From Bordetella parapertussis (GTDB lineage Bacteria > Pseudomonadota > Gammaproteobacteria > Burkholderiales > SG8-39): a DNA stretch of 64,000 nt. Shown here one piece after another: positions 19,245-27,442 of the stretch. The notes beneath the pieces are model-generated. The model made no database searches. It saw nothing but the letters and a program-made list of their open reading frames with translations, and was not told the DNA's origin. The translations under genes were made by a program, and so were the position numbers. Each line of letters opens with the position of its first letter. The stretch's first letter is position 1. The DNA lies in contig CAMAWC010000008.1 of NCBI GenBank assembly GCA_945861875.1, positions 4,766 to 68,765 of the forward strand, in the 5' to 3' direction.

Positions 19245-19474
19245 TTCTCCTCCTCCATTTTTCGGGCCGGCTTTCGTCCTGCTTCCCGATCGTTTTGCAC
19301 TACGAAGTCCCCTGCAATCGCGCTCCGATGCCTTTCACCCACCCGGCCCACTTGTCGTCGTCCGCCGGCAGGTCCACCGAGGATGAACTTGGTCGGGGTG
19401 TTGGGATAAGGCTTCCCCTGCGCAAGGACCTTGCCGGTGAGCAATGCCCCCGCGGCGGCGCCCGTGGTTTTCAA
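19245..19474 (-). pseudogene. Possible decayed N-terminal fragment of a fifth Bug-family gene
   Basis: The 77-codon ORF has only a TTG start. LAQGKPYPNTPTKFILGGPAGGRRQVGRVGERHRSAIAGDFVVQNDREAG aligns by eye with the Bug N-terminal consensus (AQ..YPN.P.rfI...paGg..D...R.la..l....gq.vVveNr.GAg). It stops where the RBS of the next Bug gene begins. Confidence 0.35.
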
Positions 19475-21264
19475 CGGCTTTTTTCATTTTGGCCGCCCCC
19501 CGCCGCGGAACGCAGCGCTGTGGTTGCCTGCGCATCGAGCGAGCCGTCTGCACGAATGCACACACCATATGTTTTTTCCGCCTGCTCGCGTGACACATAA
19601 CCCTGCGCAACGTCGTCGCGCACGGTTTGCGGATCGCGTTCCTGTGGCGGGCCGTAACCGCCACCGCCCCCGGTATGGACGTGATAACGGTCGCCCGGCC
19701 GAAATTGCAGGGCGCTCGCCTTCAACACCATGCGCCGTTCGCCGTTCGCCGGCTGGAGTTCCACATGACCGGGAGAAGCTGCCATGCCTCCGAACAAGCC
19801 CCAGGGCGGACAGCTGTAGCGGTCAAAGGAAAAATTGGTCGCGAACGGCCCGAGCGCGAGGAAGGTCTTGTCGATGCCGAGCCCGCCGCGGGTACGCCCT
19901 GCGCCTGCCGAATCGATGCGCCACTCGTGGCGTTCGACCCTTACCGGATAGAGCGCTTCCTGGACTTCGACCGGGATGTCCTTGTTGTCCGAGTGCGACA
20001 GCGACTTGAACGGTCCCACGCCATCGCCGTGCGCCGATCCGCCCCAGCCACCGTGCGCGGTATCGAGGTAGTTGAAATAACGCTTCGTTTTCGGATGGAT
20101 GCCGCTGGTGCTGTAGGCGCCGAAGGAGGCGTGGTGCCCGCCCGCAACGCGGTGCGGCAATACCGGCGCCATCGCCGCGATGATGGTGTCGACCACCGAC
20201 GCGAGCATGGTCGAATACTTGCCCACCGGCGCATTGGCCGAGGCGCTGAGGAACTTGCCCTGCGGAAGGATCATTTTCACCGGTGCGAATCCGCCCTCGT
20301 TGGCCGGTTCGTCCGGGGTGAACAGGTACTTGAACGCGATGCGCGCGCAGGTTTCGCCGCCGCCGTAGTAGCCCGAGTTGTAGGGGCCGCGCAACTGCTC
20401 GCCTATGCCGGAGTAATCGACGGTGAACTCGCCATCGGCAATGTGCACCTTGATGTCGACCGGGATGCGCTTGCCGATGTCCACGCCATCGTCGTCAAGG
20501 AAGCTGCTCATCTCGTAGGTGCCTTCGGGGACCGCACGAACCGCGGCGCGCGCGGCCTTCTCCGAGCTCGCCCAGATGGCGTCGATCGCGCCAAACAGCA
20601 CCGGCGTGCCATGGCGTTCGAGCAATTCCTCGAACAGCTGCCGGCCCTTGATGCAGCCGGACAATTGCGCGGCAATGTCACCGAGCAGCATTTCAGGCAG
20701 CCGCGTGTTGTTCTCGATGATGCGGTAGATGTCTTCCATCGGCTCGCCGCGCCGCAGCAGTTTCACAGTGCGCAGTTGCAGGCCTTCCTGGAACACTTCG
20801 GTGGTGTCGGTACCCGAGCACGAGCCCGGGTAGGCGCCGCCGATGTCGATCCAGTGTGTGATGATTGCCATGAATGCGACCACGCGCTTCGACTTGTCGA
20901 AAATCGGCGTGTACATGATGACGTTGTTCAGGTGCTGGCCGAGCGTGCCCGAATGGTTGGTGAGGATGACATCGCCAGGCTCGATCCGCTCCATGCCGTA
21001 CAGCGCGATGCCGTCGGTCACCGCGCGGCCGATCACGCTGGAGGTAAACAGCGGCAGACCCTTCCTCGCCAGCGCAATGATCCGCCCCTGCCTGTCCACC
21101 ATGCCGACGGCGTAATCCTTGTATTCGTAGATCAGCGGACTGAATGCGGTGCGCATCAGGTCGGCCTCGACGAGGTCGGGGATGGACTGAAGGTTCTCGC
21201 GGATGATTTCCATGGTGATCGGGTCGACCCCGAGCGCGCGGTTCGAATCGACACGGGCCATCAT
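19471..21264 (-). CDS. Hydantoinase B/oxoprolinase family protein (HyuB-like subunit)
   Basis: 597 aa. DPITMEIIRENLQSIPDLVEADLMRTAFSPLIYEYKDYAVGMVD is a typical HyuB N-terminus. The start overlaps the HyuA-like stop as ATGA. Confidence 0.9.
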   Translation of the reverse strand: MMARVDSNRALGVDPITMEIIRENLQSIPDLVEADLMRTAFSPLIYEYKDYAVGMVDRQGRIIALARKGLPLFTSSVIGRAVTDGIALYGMERIEPGDVILTNHSGTLGQHLNNVIMYTPIFDKSKRVVAFMAIITHWIDIGGAYPGSCSGTDTTEVFQEGLQLRTVKLLRRGEPMEDIYRIIENNTRLPEMLLGDIAAQLSGCIKGRQLFEELLERHGTPVLFGAIDAIWASSEKAARAAVRAVPEGTYEMSSFLDDDGVDIGKRIPVDIKVHIADGEFTVDYSGIGEQLRGPYNSGYYGGGETCARIAFKYLFTPDEPANEGGFAPVKMILPQGKFLSASANAPVGKYSTMLASVVDTIIAAMAPVLPHRVAGGHHASFGAYSTSGIHPKTKRYFNYLDTAHGGWGGSAHGDGVGPFKSLSHSDNKDIPVEVQEALYPVRVERHEWRIDSAGAGRTRGGLGIDKTFLALGPFATNFSFDRYSCPPWGLFGGMAASPGHVELQPANGERRMVLKASALQFRPGDRYHVHTGGGGGYGPPQERDPQTVRDDVAQGYVSREQAEKTYGVCIRADGSLDAQATTALRSAAGGGQNEKSR

Positions 21265-23336
21265 GCGGCCTCCTGTGTGAAGCGACGGCCGACGTGTATG
21301 CGTATCTCGCCGAGTCGTCCGATTTCAAAGCGGTCTGCCGGCCCGACGATGGTCGTCGAACCGTATTCCTCGATCACCGCGGGTCCGGTCGCGGCGAAAC
21401 CCGTAGGCAGCGTGTCGCGCGAATAGACCGCGGACTCGATCGATTTCTTTTCATCCGAGAAATAAACCTTGCGGGAACCGGCGGCCGGCTTGCCCTTGCC
21501 TTCGGGCTTCTTGAACACCAGTTCGAGATCCGGGTGCGGCGACTGCGCAAATGCCGACACGTGCACCGACACGATCTCGACCTGCGTGCCCTTGATCAGG
21601 TGTCCGTAGCGAACGACGTACTCGGCGTCGAAAGCCTTGCGCATCGCATCGGCGCCGCCTTCGTCCACCGGAACCCGCACGGTATGGAACTGCCCGACAT
21701 AGCGCATTTCCGCGTGGCGCTCAATCGTGACCGGCAGATCACCGAAATCCACGGCCAGCGACGCGCGCAGGCCGGCGGCCATTTCGTCGTAGACCGTCGC
21801 CATCGCATCCATCGCCTCCGTCTCGAGTCGCCTGACAAAAGTGCGCCCGTCGTCGCGCCGTATGTTCGTCAGCAGCATGCCGATGGCGGAGAAATTGCCC
21901 GGCTCGGGCGGGATCACCACCAGCGGAATGGCGAGTTCGCGCGCCAGTTCAACCGCATGCAGCGGACCGCCGCCACCGTAGGCGAAAAGCGCGAAGTCGC
22001 GTGGATCCTTGCCGCGTTCGACGGTGATGCGCTTGATCGCGCCACTCATCGTGACCACCGATATCGCGAGCACGCCGCTTGCGACCTCCAGCAACCCGTC
22101 CTCGCCGGCATAGCCGAGCGGTACCGCCAGGCGTTTTTCGATCGCGCCACGCGCCGCCGCGGCGTCCAGCGTCATCTCGCCGCCCTGGAAGCGGCCGGCA
22201 TTGAGGCGCCCGAGCACGAGGTTGGCGTCGGTGACCGTCGGTTCGGTGCCGCCGCGCGAATAGCAGACCGGCCCGGGCATCGAACCGGCGCTGCGCGGAC
22301 CGACGTGAAGTCGCGACTCCTGGTCCAGCCATGCGATCGAACCACCGCCGGCCCCGACTTCGACGATGTCGACCACCGGGGTGCGTATGGGAATGCCGCG
22401 GCCGTAACCGCCGACGTAATAAGTCGACACGACGTCGAATTTGCCTTCGCGCACCAGCGCGCACTTGGCGGTGGTGCCGCCCATGTCGAAGGCGATCAGG
22501 TTGGGGATGCCCAGCGCCTCGCCATAAACGCCGGCGCCGATGCAGCCACCGATGGGCCCGGACTCGACCAGCATGACGGGCGCGACCGAGGCGCGCTGTG
22601 GCGACAACATGCCGCCGTTGGAGCCCATGATCAGCAACTGTCCCTTGAAATCGCGTGCACCGAGGCTCGCGTCGAGCGACTTCACGTAGCCGCCGATTTT
22701 CGGCCCGGTATAGGCGTTCGCGGTCGCAGTCGTGGTGCGTTCGAACTCGTACCACTCGCGACTCAGCTCGGTGCCGCTGGTGACAAAACACCCAGGCAGC
22801 ATTTCGCGCAGCCAGCCGGCGACTTCGCGCTCGTTCGCAGGCTCGAGATAGGAATTGAGGAAGGACACCGCCACCGCGGTCACGCCCAGCGCGCGGATTT
22901 TTACGGCAAGCGCCTCGACCTCGGCGCGCACCGGCGCGTTCAGGATTTCGCCATAGCCATCGACCCGTTCGTCGACCTCGAAGCGCGCCTGGCGCGGCAC
23001 CAGCGCCGCGCTGCGGCGATAAAACAGGTCGAAGGGTTCGGTGCGGTTGCCGCGGCCGAGTTCGACGATGTCGCGGAACCCGCGCGTTGTCACCAGTGCA
23101 ATCGACGGCCCCGAACGCTCGATCAGCGTGTTGATGACCAGTGTGGTGCCGTGCTTGAACAAGGATGCCCGGTCCAGCGCGACCGCAGTCTTGTCGACGC
23201 AATCGAGTATGCCGTCGATGGGGTTGCCGTGCGTGGTCAGGCTCTTGGTGTAGCGGATGCTCTGCGTCGCCGGATCGAAGGCGACAAGGTCCGTGAACGT
23301 GCCGCCGGTATCGACGGCGATGAAACTTCCGGGCAT
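21261..23336 (-). CDS. Hydantoinase A/oxoprolinase family protein (HyuA-like subunit)
   Basis: Start MPGSFIAVDTGGTFTDLVAF at ATG 23336, after a GGAGAA RBS. The track ORF extends a further 26 codons upstream. ASKHA-fold motifs DTGGTFTD and FDMGGTTAK are present. Confidence 0.9.
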   Translation of the reverse strand: MPGSFIAVDTGGTFTDLVAFDPATQSIRYTKSLTTHGNPIDGILDCVDKTAVALDRASLFKHGTTLVINTLIERSGPSIALVTTRGFRDIVELGRGNRTEPFDLFYRRSAALVPRQARFEVDERVDGYGEILNAPVRAEVEALAVKIRALGVTAVAVSFLNSYLEPANEREVAGWLREMLPGCFVTSGTELSREWYEFERTTTATANAYTGPKIGGYVKSLDASLGARDFKGQLLIMGSNGGMLSPQRASVAPVMLVESGPIGGCIGAGVYGEALGIPNLIAFDMGGTTAKCALVREGKFDVVSTYYVGGYGRGIPIRTPVVDIVEVGAGGGSIAWLDQESRLHVGPRSAGSMPGPVCYSRGGTEPTVTDANLVLGRLNAGRFQGGEMTLDAAAARGAIEKRLAVPLGYAGEDGLLEVASGVLAISVVTMSGAIKRITVERGKDPRDFALFAYGGGGPLHAVELARELAIPLVVIPPEPGNFSAIGMLLTNIRRDDGRTFVRRLETEAMDAMATVYDEMAAGLRASLAVDFGDLPVTIERHAEMRYVGQFHTVRVPVDEGGADAMRKAFDAEYVVRYGHLIKGTQVEIVSVHVSAFAQSPHPDLELVFKKPEGKGKPAAGSRKVYFSDEKKSIESAVYSRDTLPTGFAATGPAVIEEYGSTTIVGPADRFEIGRLGEIRIHVGRRFTQEAA

Positions 23337-23490
23337 GGGTTTCTCCAGGCTTTCGCGAATGCTGCCGCCTCCTCCGGGATGCGGCCGAGGGAGGATTCTA
23401 TCCGCCGGATCCATAGCCGGCCATTACCTATTTGTTCTTGTCCTATAATCCCTGGCTATAGCCTTCCACGGATCGACAAGGACCCCGGCA

Positions 23491-24453
23491 ATGGACCTGA
23501 GACAGCTCCGCAACATCGTCGCAGTAGTCGAGCAGGGAAGCATCGCCAAGGCCGCCGTACACCTGCACATATCGCAACCGGCGATCACCAAGAGCATCCA
23601 GCGGCTGGAGGTGTTGCTCGACGTGCAGTTGTTCGACCGGAGTTCCCGCGGCATGGAACCGACCATCTACGCCCGGCGGCTGCGCACCTACGCGCTGATG
23701 ATCCATTCCGACCTGAAACGCGCCAATGCCGAAATCGCCGCACTCAAGAGCGGCGCCAGCGGCAGCATCCTCGTCGGCGTGCTTCCGCTGATCGGCAGCG
23801 ACATACTCGCCGAGTCCATCGCCACGCTGACACGGGACCATCCGGACATCCGGGTCCGCGTGGTGTCGGACATGAGCAACGAACTGGTCGCGGACCTCGC
23901 CAAGGGCGAATACGATTTTGTGCTGGGGATCGCCGGGGCGGAACTCGCAAGGCTGGGGCTGACGCAAAAAGTGCTCTTCCACGATCACCTCGTAGTGGTG
24001 ATGCGCAGCGGCCATCCACTCGCGCGACTGAAGAAGGTCGCACCGCGCGACCTCGTGGCGTGTCCCTGGGTACTGCCCGACCAGCACAGCGAGCACCGCA
24101 GGCGCATCGACGCTTTTTTCGAAGGCTCCAACCTCGCCCCGCCCTTTGCCGCGATAGAGAGCAACTCCGCCGCGTTTGTGAAGGAGTTGATCGCACGCAG
24201 CGACTACGTGGGCATCCTGCCGGCGAGTGCGGTCCGCGCGGAACAAAATACCGGGGCGCTGCGGATCATCGAGTTCCATTCTTCATTCACCACGCGCGCG
24301 ATCGGGTTGATCCGGCGCGGCAACAGCGAACCGTCGCCGGTCTGCGCGCTGCTGATGCAAAAACTGGAGCAACTCGCGGCGCAGCAGCCCATGGAAAAGG
24401 TGACACGGCGGCGCGCCCGGACGACAATGGCACGCGCAGGAGGTACCCGATGA
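23491..24453 (+). CDS. LysR-family transcriptional regulator, divergent from the catabolic cluster
   Basis: 320 aa with the N-terminal HTH MDLRQLRNIVAVVEQGSIAKAAVHLHISQPAITKSIQRLE. A TATAAT box lies at 23445-23450 in the 154-bp divergent spacer. Confidence 0.9.
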   Translation: MDLRQLRNIVAVVEQGSIAKAAVHLHISQPAITKSIQRLEVLLDVQLFDRSSRGMEPTIYARRLRTYALMIHSDLKRANAEIAALKSGASGSILVGVLPLIGSDILAESIATLTRDHPDIRVRVVSDMSNELVADLAKGEYDFVLGIAGAELARLGLTQKVLFHDHLVVVMRSGHPLARLKKVAPRDLVACPWVLPDQHSEHRRRIDAFFEGSNLAPPFAAIESNSAAFVKELIARSDYVGILPASAVRAEQNTGALRIIEFHSSFTTRAIGLIRRGNSEPSPVCALLMQKLEQLAAQQPMEKVTRRRARTTMARAGGTR

Positions 24454-24632
24454 CCAAGACCCTGGCTGTGGCGCCACGCCTTGCGGCGTCCTTGTGTGCG
24501 AACAGGGCAACAGATCAGCGGCGCTGATGTCTCCCTACCCAATCAGATCGGTCAGAAATTTACCAGCCAATTGATGGGTTTTTTGATGGGGATCTAACCG
24601 AACTGGCTGGAAACCCGCATGGATACTGGATT

Positions 24633-24669
24633 ACTGGCGTGCCAGAAGATATGCCAACACAAACCGTCT
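24633..24669 (+). repeat. Left copy of an imperfect ~37-bp direct repeat bracketing the TumE/TumA-like cassette
   Basis: ACTGGCGTGCCAGAAGATATGCCAACACAAACCGTCT here versus ACTGGCGGGCCAGAAGATACCAGATCACAAACCGCCT at 25598-25634. About 30 of 37 positions match by eye. Both copies begin with a CTGGC-NN-GCCAG mini-palindrome. Confidence 0.45.
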
Positions 24670-24731
24670 CTAAATCCTAAACTATGCGGTCTGTATAGTG
24701 TAATTCCCCAAAACGCTTTACTGTCAGTCGG

Positions 24732-25106
24732 TTAGCCAAGAGTTGCTACCATCTCAATCTTCGGCGCAATCGAGCGCACAACCTTTTGGATGCCGTGTCC
24801 TGGATTGGCCAGACGCTGGGATACGACAAGCCCAACTTTTTCCAGCAGACCTACATCCTTGGTGATTGCCGATCGGTTGCGATGCAGGCTTTGCGTTAGC
24901 TCGTTGATCGTCTTCGGCTCGTGCATAACCTCGAGCATGAGGCGACGACGTGCTTCCGACAGAACGGTGAACATCCGCTGTGGATCCTCGAAGGCTAGCG
25001 TGATCTTGCCATCGAAGGTATGGCCGCGATCAGCACGGCGAGCAGCATCTTTCGCTCGGGCGAAGAAGCCGTCGACATCATCGGTGCGAATAACTACTTT
25101 GGTCAT
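24732..25106 (-). CDS. Winged-helix (MarR/HVO_A0114-like) DNA-binding protein, putative antitoxin (TumA-like)
   Basis: 124 aa. LSEARRRLMLEVMHEPKTINELTQSLHRNRSAITKDVGLLEKVGLV is a wHTH. The start overlaps the upstream stop as ATGA. Confidence 0.6.
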   Translation of the reverse strand: MTKVVIRTDDVDGFFARAKDAARRADRGHTFDGKITLAFEDPQRMFTVLSEARRRLMLEVMHEPKTINELTQSLHRNRSAITKDVGLLEKVGLVVSQRLANPGHGIQKVVRSIAPKIEMVATLG

Positions 25107-25435
25107 GACTTTTTGCCTCCTGCCGATTTAACGATTTCCAACCATTCCCGCTGAAACCGCTCCTGCGTTGCTTCAAAACTGTTGAACTCGACTTCCTCGA
25201 CCTTGCCCATGGAATGGCGATGGTGGTAACCATGTGCATTATCGAAGCCAAGAACCCGTCCGTTGTCCCCGCGATAGATGGCATGGTTGATGTACGCCAG
25301 GTTGTAGCGGGTCACAATGGTCTTTCCGCGTTCCTGATATCCCCAAACCTCATAGCTCAGCAATCCCCCGCCGGATTTTGGCTTCAGTTCGAAGCGCTCT
25401 TGTTCGAGCAGGGATTCTTTGGGCAGTTTGACCAT
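25103..25435 (-). CDS. DUF6516/TumE-like putative toxin
   Basis: Contains YRGDNGRVLGFDNAHGYHHRH, which I recall as the signature of the DUF6516/TumE family. ATG at 25435 (MVKLPKE) is preferred because an operator-like inverted repeat and a -10 box lie at 25450-25476. The track ORF starts at GTG 25471. Confidence 0.55.
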   Translation of the reverse strand: MVKLPKESLLEQERFELKPKSGGGLLSYEVWGYQERGKTIVTRYNLAYINHAIYRGDNGRVLGFDNAHGYHHRHSMGKVEEVEFNSFEATQERFQREWLEIVKSAGGKKS

Positions 25436-25449
25436 GAGATGTGATGCAT

Positions 25450-25500
25450 CAGATGTGCCGTACAATAGCACATCTGAGCAGGCAAGTCAGGCTGATGATC
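25450..25500 (-). promoter_or_regulatory. Candidate sigma70 promoter with overlapping operator for the TA pair
   Basis: The minus strand reads CTGACT-N17-TATTGT. A 9-bp perfect inverted repeat CAGATGTGC-N9-GCACATCTG (25450-25476) brackets the -10 box. This geometry is typical of antitoxin autoregulation. Confidence 0.3.
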
Positions 25501-25525
25501 GAGGCTTTAAGGCCAAAACAATCAC

Positions 25526-25590
25526 TTAAGGAAGCTCTGATTAAGTCCATAAATCGTCATTCCCGCGGACTTAATCAGAGCTTCCTTAAA
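25526..25590. repeat. 23-bp perfect inverted repeat (TTAAGGAAGCTCTGATTAAGTCC / GGACTTAATCAGAGCTTCCTTAA) with a 19-nt loop
   Basis: Read directly from the sequence. On the minus strand it is followed by GTGATTGTTTTGG, so it may terminate or insulate the DUF1330/hydrolase transcript ahead of the TA promoter. The structure is certain; the function is not. Confidence 0.5.
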
Positions 25591-25597
25591 GTACTTG

Positions 25598-25634
25598 ACT
25601 GGCGGGCCAGAAGATACCAGATCACAAACCGCCT
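25598..25634 (+). repeat. Right copy of the imperfect ~37-bp direct repeat bracketing the TA cassette
   Basis: See 24633-24669. Confidence 0.45.
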
Positions 25635-25742
25635 AAGTTTTCCAAGGGCAAGCAAATCAAGCACCTGGGGTTCAGTTCATCGTTCTAAATATCGGGACAG
25701 CCAGTTCGACAAGACTTGAAAGAAAGCGAGGTTGACTTGGCC

Positions 25743-26084
25743 TCAATCAAGTACCGGCGGCATAAATCCTTGGACGATAACGATCTGAAACTTCGCCACC
25801 CCAGCTCGCAGAGCAATGGCCTCCTGGTAGCCTGGTGAGTTAAAGCAGTCCTGCGCCACCTTGTAACTTGGGAACTCGATGAGATAGGGCCGACCTGTCA
25901 CCGCCCCTTCAACGACCACCGCCACATCGCCCCTAGCGAGTACACGGCCGCCGTGGGATGCGATAAGCGGACCCGCCACAGAGGTGTATTGACCAAACCT
26001 CGAAGGTTCGTTGATTTCGGCCAGAACGATCCAGTAACCTTTGGCCGCGTTGGTTTGTGAATTGTTGGAATTTGATTGTGTCAT
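25743..26084 (-). CDS. DUF1330 domain-containing protein
   Basis: 113 aa. GYWIVLAEINEPSRFGQY...GGRVLARG...VVEG...RPYLIEFPSYKVAQDCFNSPGYQEA matches the DUF1330 (dimeric alpha-beta barrel) pattern. Confidence 0.8.
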   Translation of the reverse strand: MTQSNSNNSQTNAAKGYWIVLAEINEPSRFGQYTSVAGPLIASHGGRVLARGDVAVVVEGAVTGRPYLIEFPSYKVAQDCFNSPGYQEAIALRAGVAKFQIVIVQGFMPPVLD

Positions 26085-26188
26085 GTTGTATTTTTTTAGG
26101 TGGTCTTACTGATCCTGTAAGCGGTTGCTTCAAGTTGTGAAAGTCAAGTTAGGCTTCAAAGCCAAAGCATTACCGACTCGTCATGGCC

Positions 26189-27385
26189 TCAGGGTTTGAG
26201 CGTGCGCGAAAACCAGGGCACGATCACACCCTCAAAAATCTGCGCATCGCTCAATTCCCGGTTGCGGCCGATGTGCCCGCCGGTCGGGTTGACCCAGGCC
26301 TCCTTGGGGTTGGTGCCGGTGCGCAGCACCACATAAAGGTCCTCAATTGGCACCTGGGTGTCGCGTTCACCATTGACCAACAGTTGCGGCGCCGTGGGCT
26401 TGTCTAGCGCACCGGTGTCCTTGAGCGACATGCGCGGCCCATACGCGAGGAATTGCTCCAGGGTCTCGGCACCATAAACCGCCGCACGGGCGGCAAAGAG
26501 GTCAAACAAGTATTCGCGGGTGCCCAAGGCCTTGAGTTGCCAGTCACGCTGAAAATAGCTGTGCACAGGCCCACCCCAGTTGACCACCGCCTTCAGGCGC
26601 TTGGGCTCCGCGATAGCCATGCGGGCCGCCCAATGACCACCCCAGGAGACACCCTGCAGGCCGATGCGCTGCGGGTCGATGTCCGAACGCGCCTGCAAGG
26701 CATCAATCACCCGCGAGAACACGCGCTCGGAGCCCACGTCAATCTTAATCGGCGAGTCGCCGGTGCCGGGCATGTCCAGCGCCAGATAGGCCAGGTCCGC
26801 CTTCAGGTAGCCGGCGCCGTACTGCTCGACCACGAACTCCTTGTAGCCATCGAGTCCACCTATGGAAAGCACCACCGGCGGCCGAGCCACCCCCGCGGGC
26901 CGCTGCAGATAGCCAATGACTTCCTTACCCTCAAACGGGATGCGCATCACCTCGATGATCGGATCGGCCAGCCGGGCGTAGGCGCTGAACGCCTCGGTCG
27001 CGCGCCCGTGAGCCCGCTTTTTCTCGGGTGAATTCTGTGTCGGCCAGGCGCCAAAGCTGTGGTAGCGCCAAGCGGCCAGGTAATGCTCGCGCGCCTTGGC
27101 GCGGTCGGTGGCCTCGGCGTCCTGCCCGGATTTGAACATGCGGTCGCCACTTTGCATCCAGGAGCGGGCCCATTCATCGCGGTCTAGTGAGTTGATGCGC
27201 GAAAGAATCTGCGCAACTTCACCCGCATCGAAACCGTTGAGCGGGTAGCGTTGGGCCTTAACCCGCTCGGTCACAGCTTCCTTGAGTTCGGGCCAGGTTC
27301 GCGCTGGTGCGATTTGGGCTATCACGGCAGTGGAAACGGCAAGAAGCAGGGCGAATAGTATGTGCCGATAAGTGGATTTTTTCAT
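26189..27385 (-). CDS. Secreted alpha/beta hydrolase (FrsA-like esterase family)
   Basis: 398 aa with signal peptide MKKSTYRHILFALLLAVSTAVIAQ. Nucleophile elbow GVSWGG sits in the context IGLQGVSWGGHWAARMA. Confidence 0.8.
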   Translation of the reverse strand: MKKSTYRHILFALLLAVSTAVIAQIAPARTWPELKEAVTERVKAQRYPLNGFDAGEVAQILSRINSLDRDEWARSWMQSGDRMFKSGQDAEATDRAKAREHYLAAWRYHSFGAWPTQNSPEKKRAHGRATEAFSAYARLADPIIEVMRIPFEGKEVIGYLQRPAGVARPPVVLSIGGLDGYKEFVVEQYGAGYLKADLAYLALDMPGTGDSPIKIDVGSERVFSRVIDALQARSDIDPQRIGLQGVSWGGHWAARMAIAEPKRLKAVVNWGGPVHSYFQRDWQLKALGTREYLFDLFAARAAVYGAETLEQFLAYGPRMSLKDTGALDKPTAPQLLVNGERDTQVPIEDLYVVLRTGTNPKEAWVNPTGGHIGRNRELSDAQIFEGVIVPWFSRTLKP

Positions 27386-27442
27386 GACAGGGTTCCTTCG
27401 AGCGAGGGTGTTCTTAAAAATTAATTGGTTTTTTCTAACCCG

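Noticed and set aside
23443-23453. 11-nt identity CTATAATCCCT shared between the LysR promoter region (23443) and the island region after the integrase gene (62743)
   Set aside because: The match is short, centred on a generic TATAAT box and has no extended similarity on either side, so it is most likely coincidence.
21294-24527. 1077-aa plus-strand ORF spanning the hyuA region and the LysR gene
   Set aside because: It is antisense or off-frame to two well-supported genes, has Arg/His-rich nonsense composition and no motifs. The same applies to the plus-strand ORFs 17283-19409, 19627-21426, 43987-46035, 49516-51258 and 53544-55202, and to the minus-strand ORF 57169-58494.
24454-24731. A direct repeat of the tRNA-Ser 3' end marking the left border of the island
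   Set aside because: No match to GGATTCGAACCCTC... or the adjoining tRNA sequence was found by eye in this interval, so the left border remains approximate.
24633-25634. Integron attC sites flanking the TA cassette
   Set aside because: I could not find the R''/R' core sites (RYYYAAC / GTTRRRY) or the imperfect L''/L' architecture. The 23-bp hairpin is perfect rather than bulged, and no intI gene is nearby.
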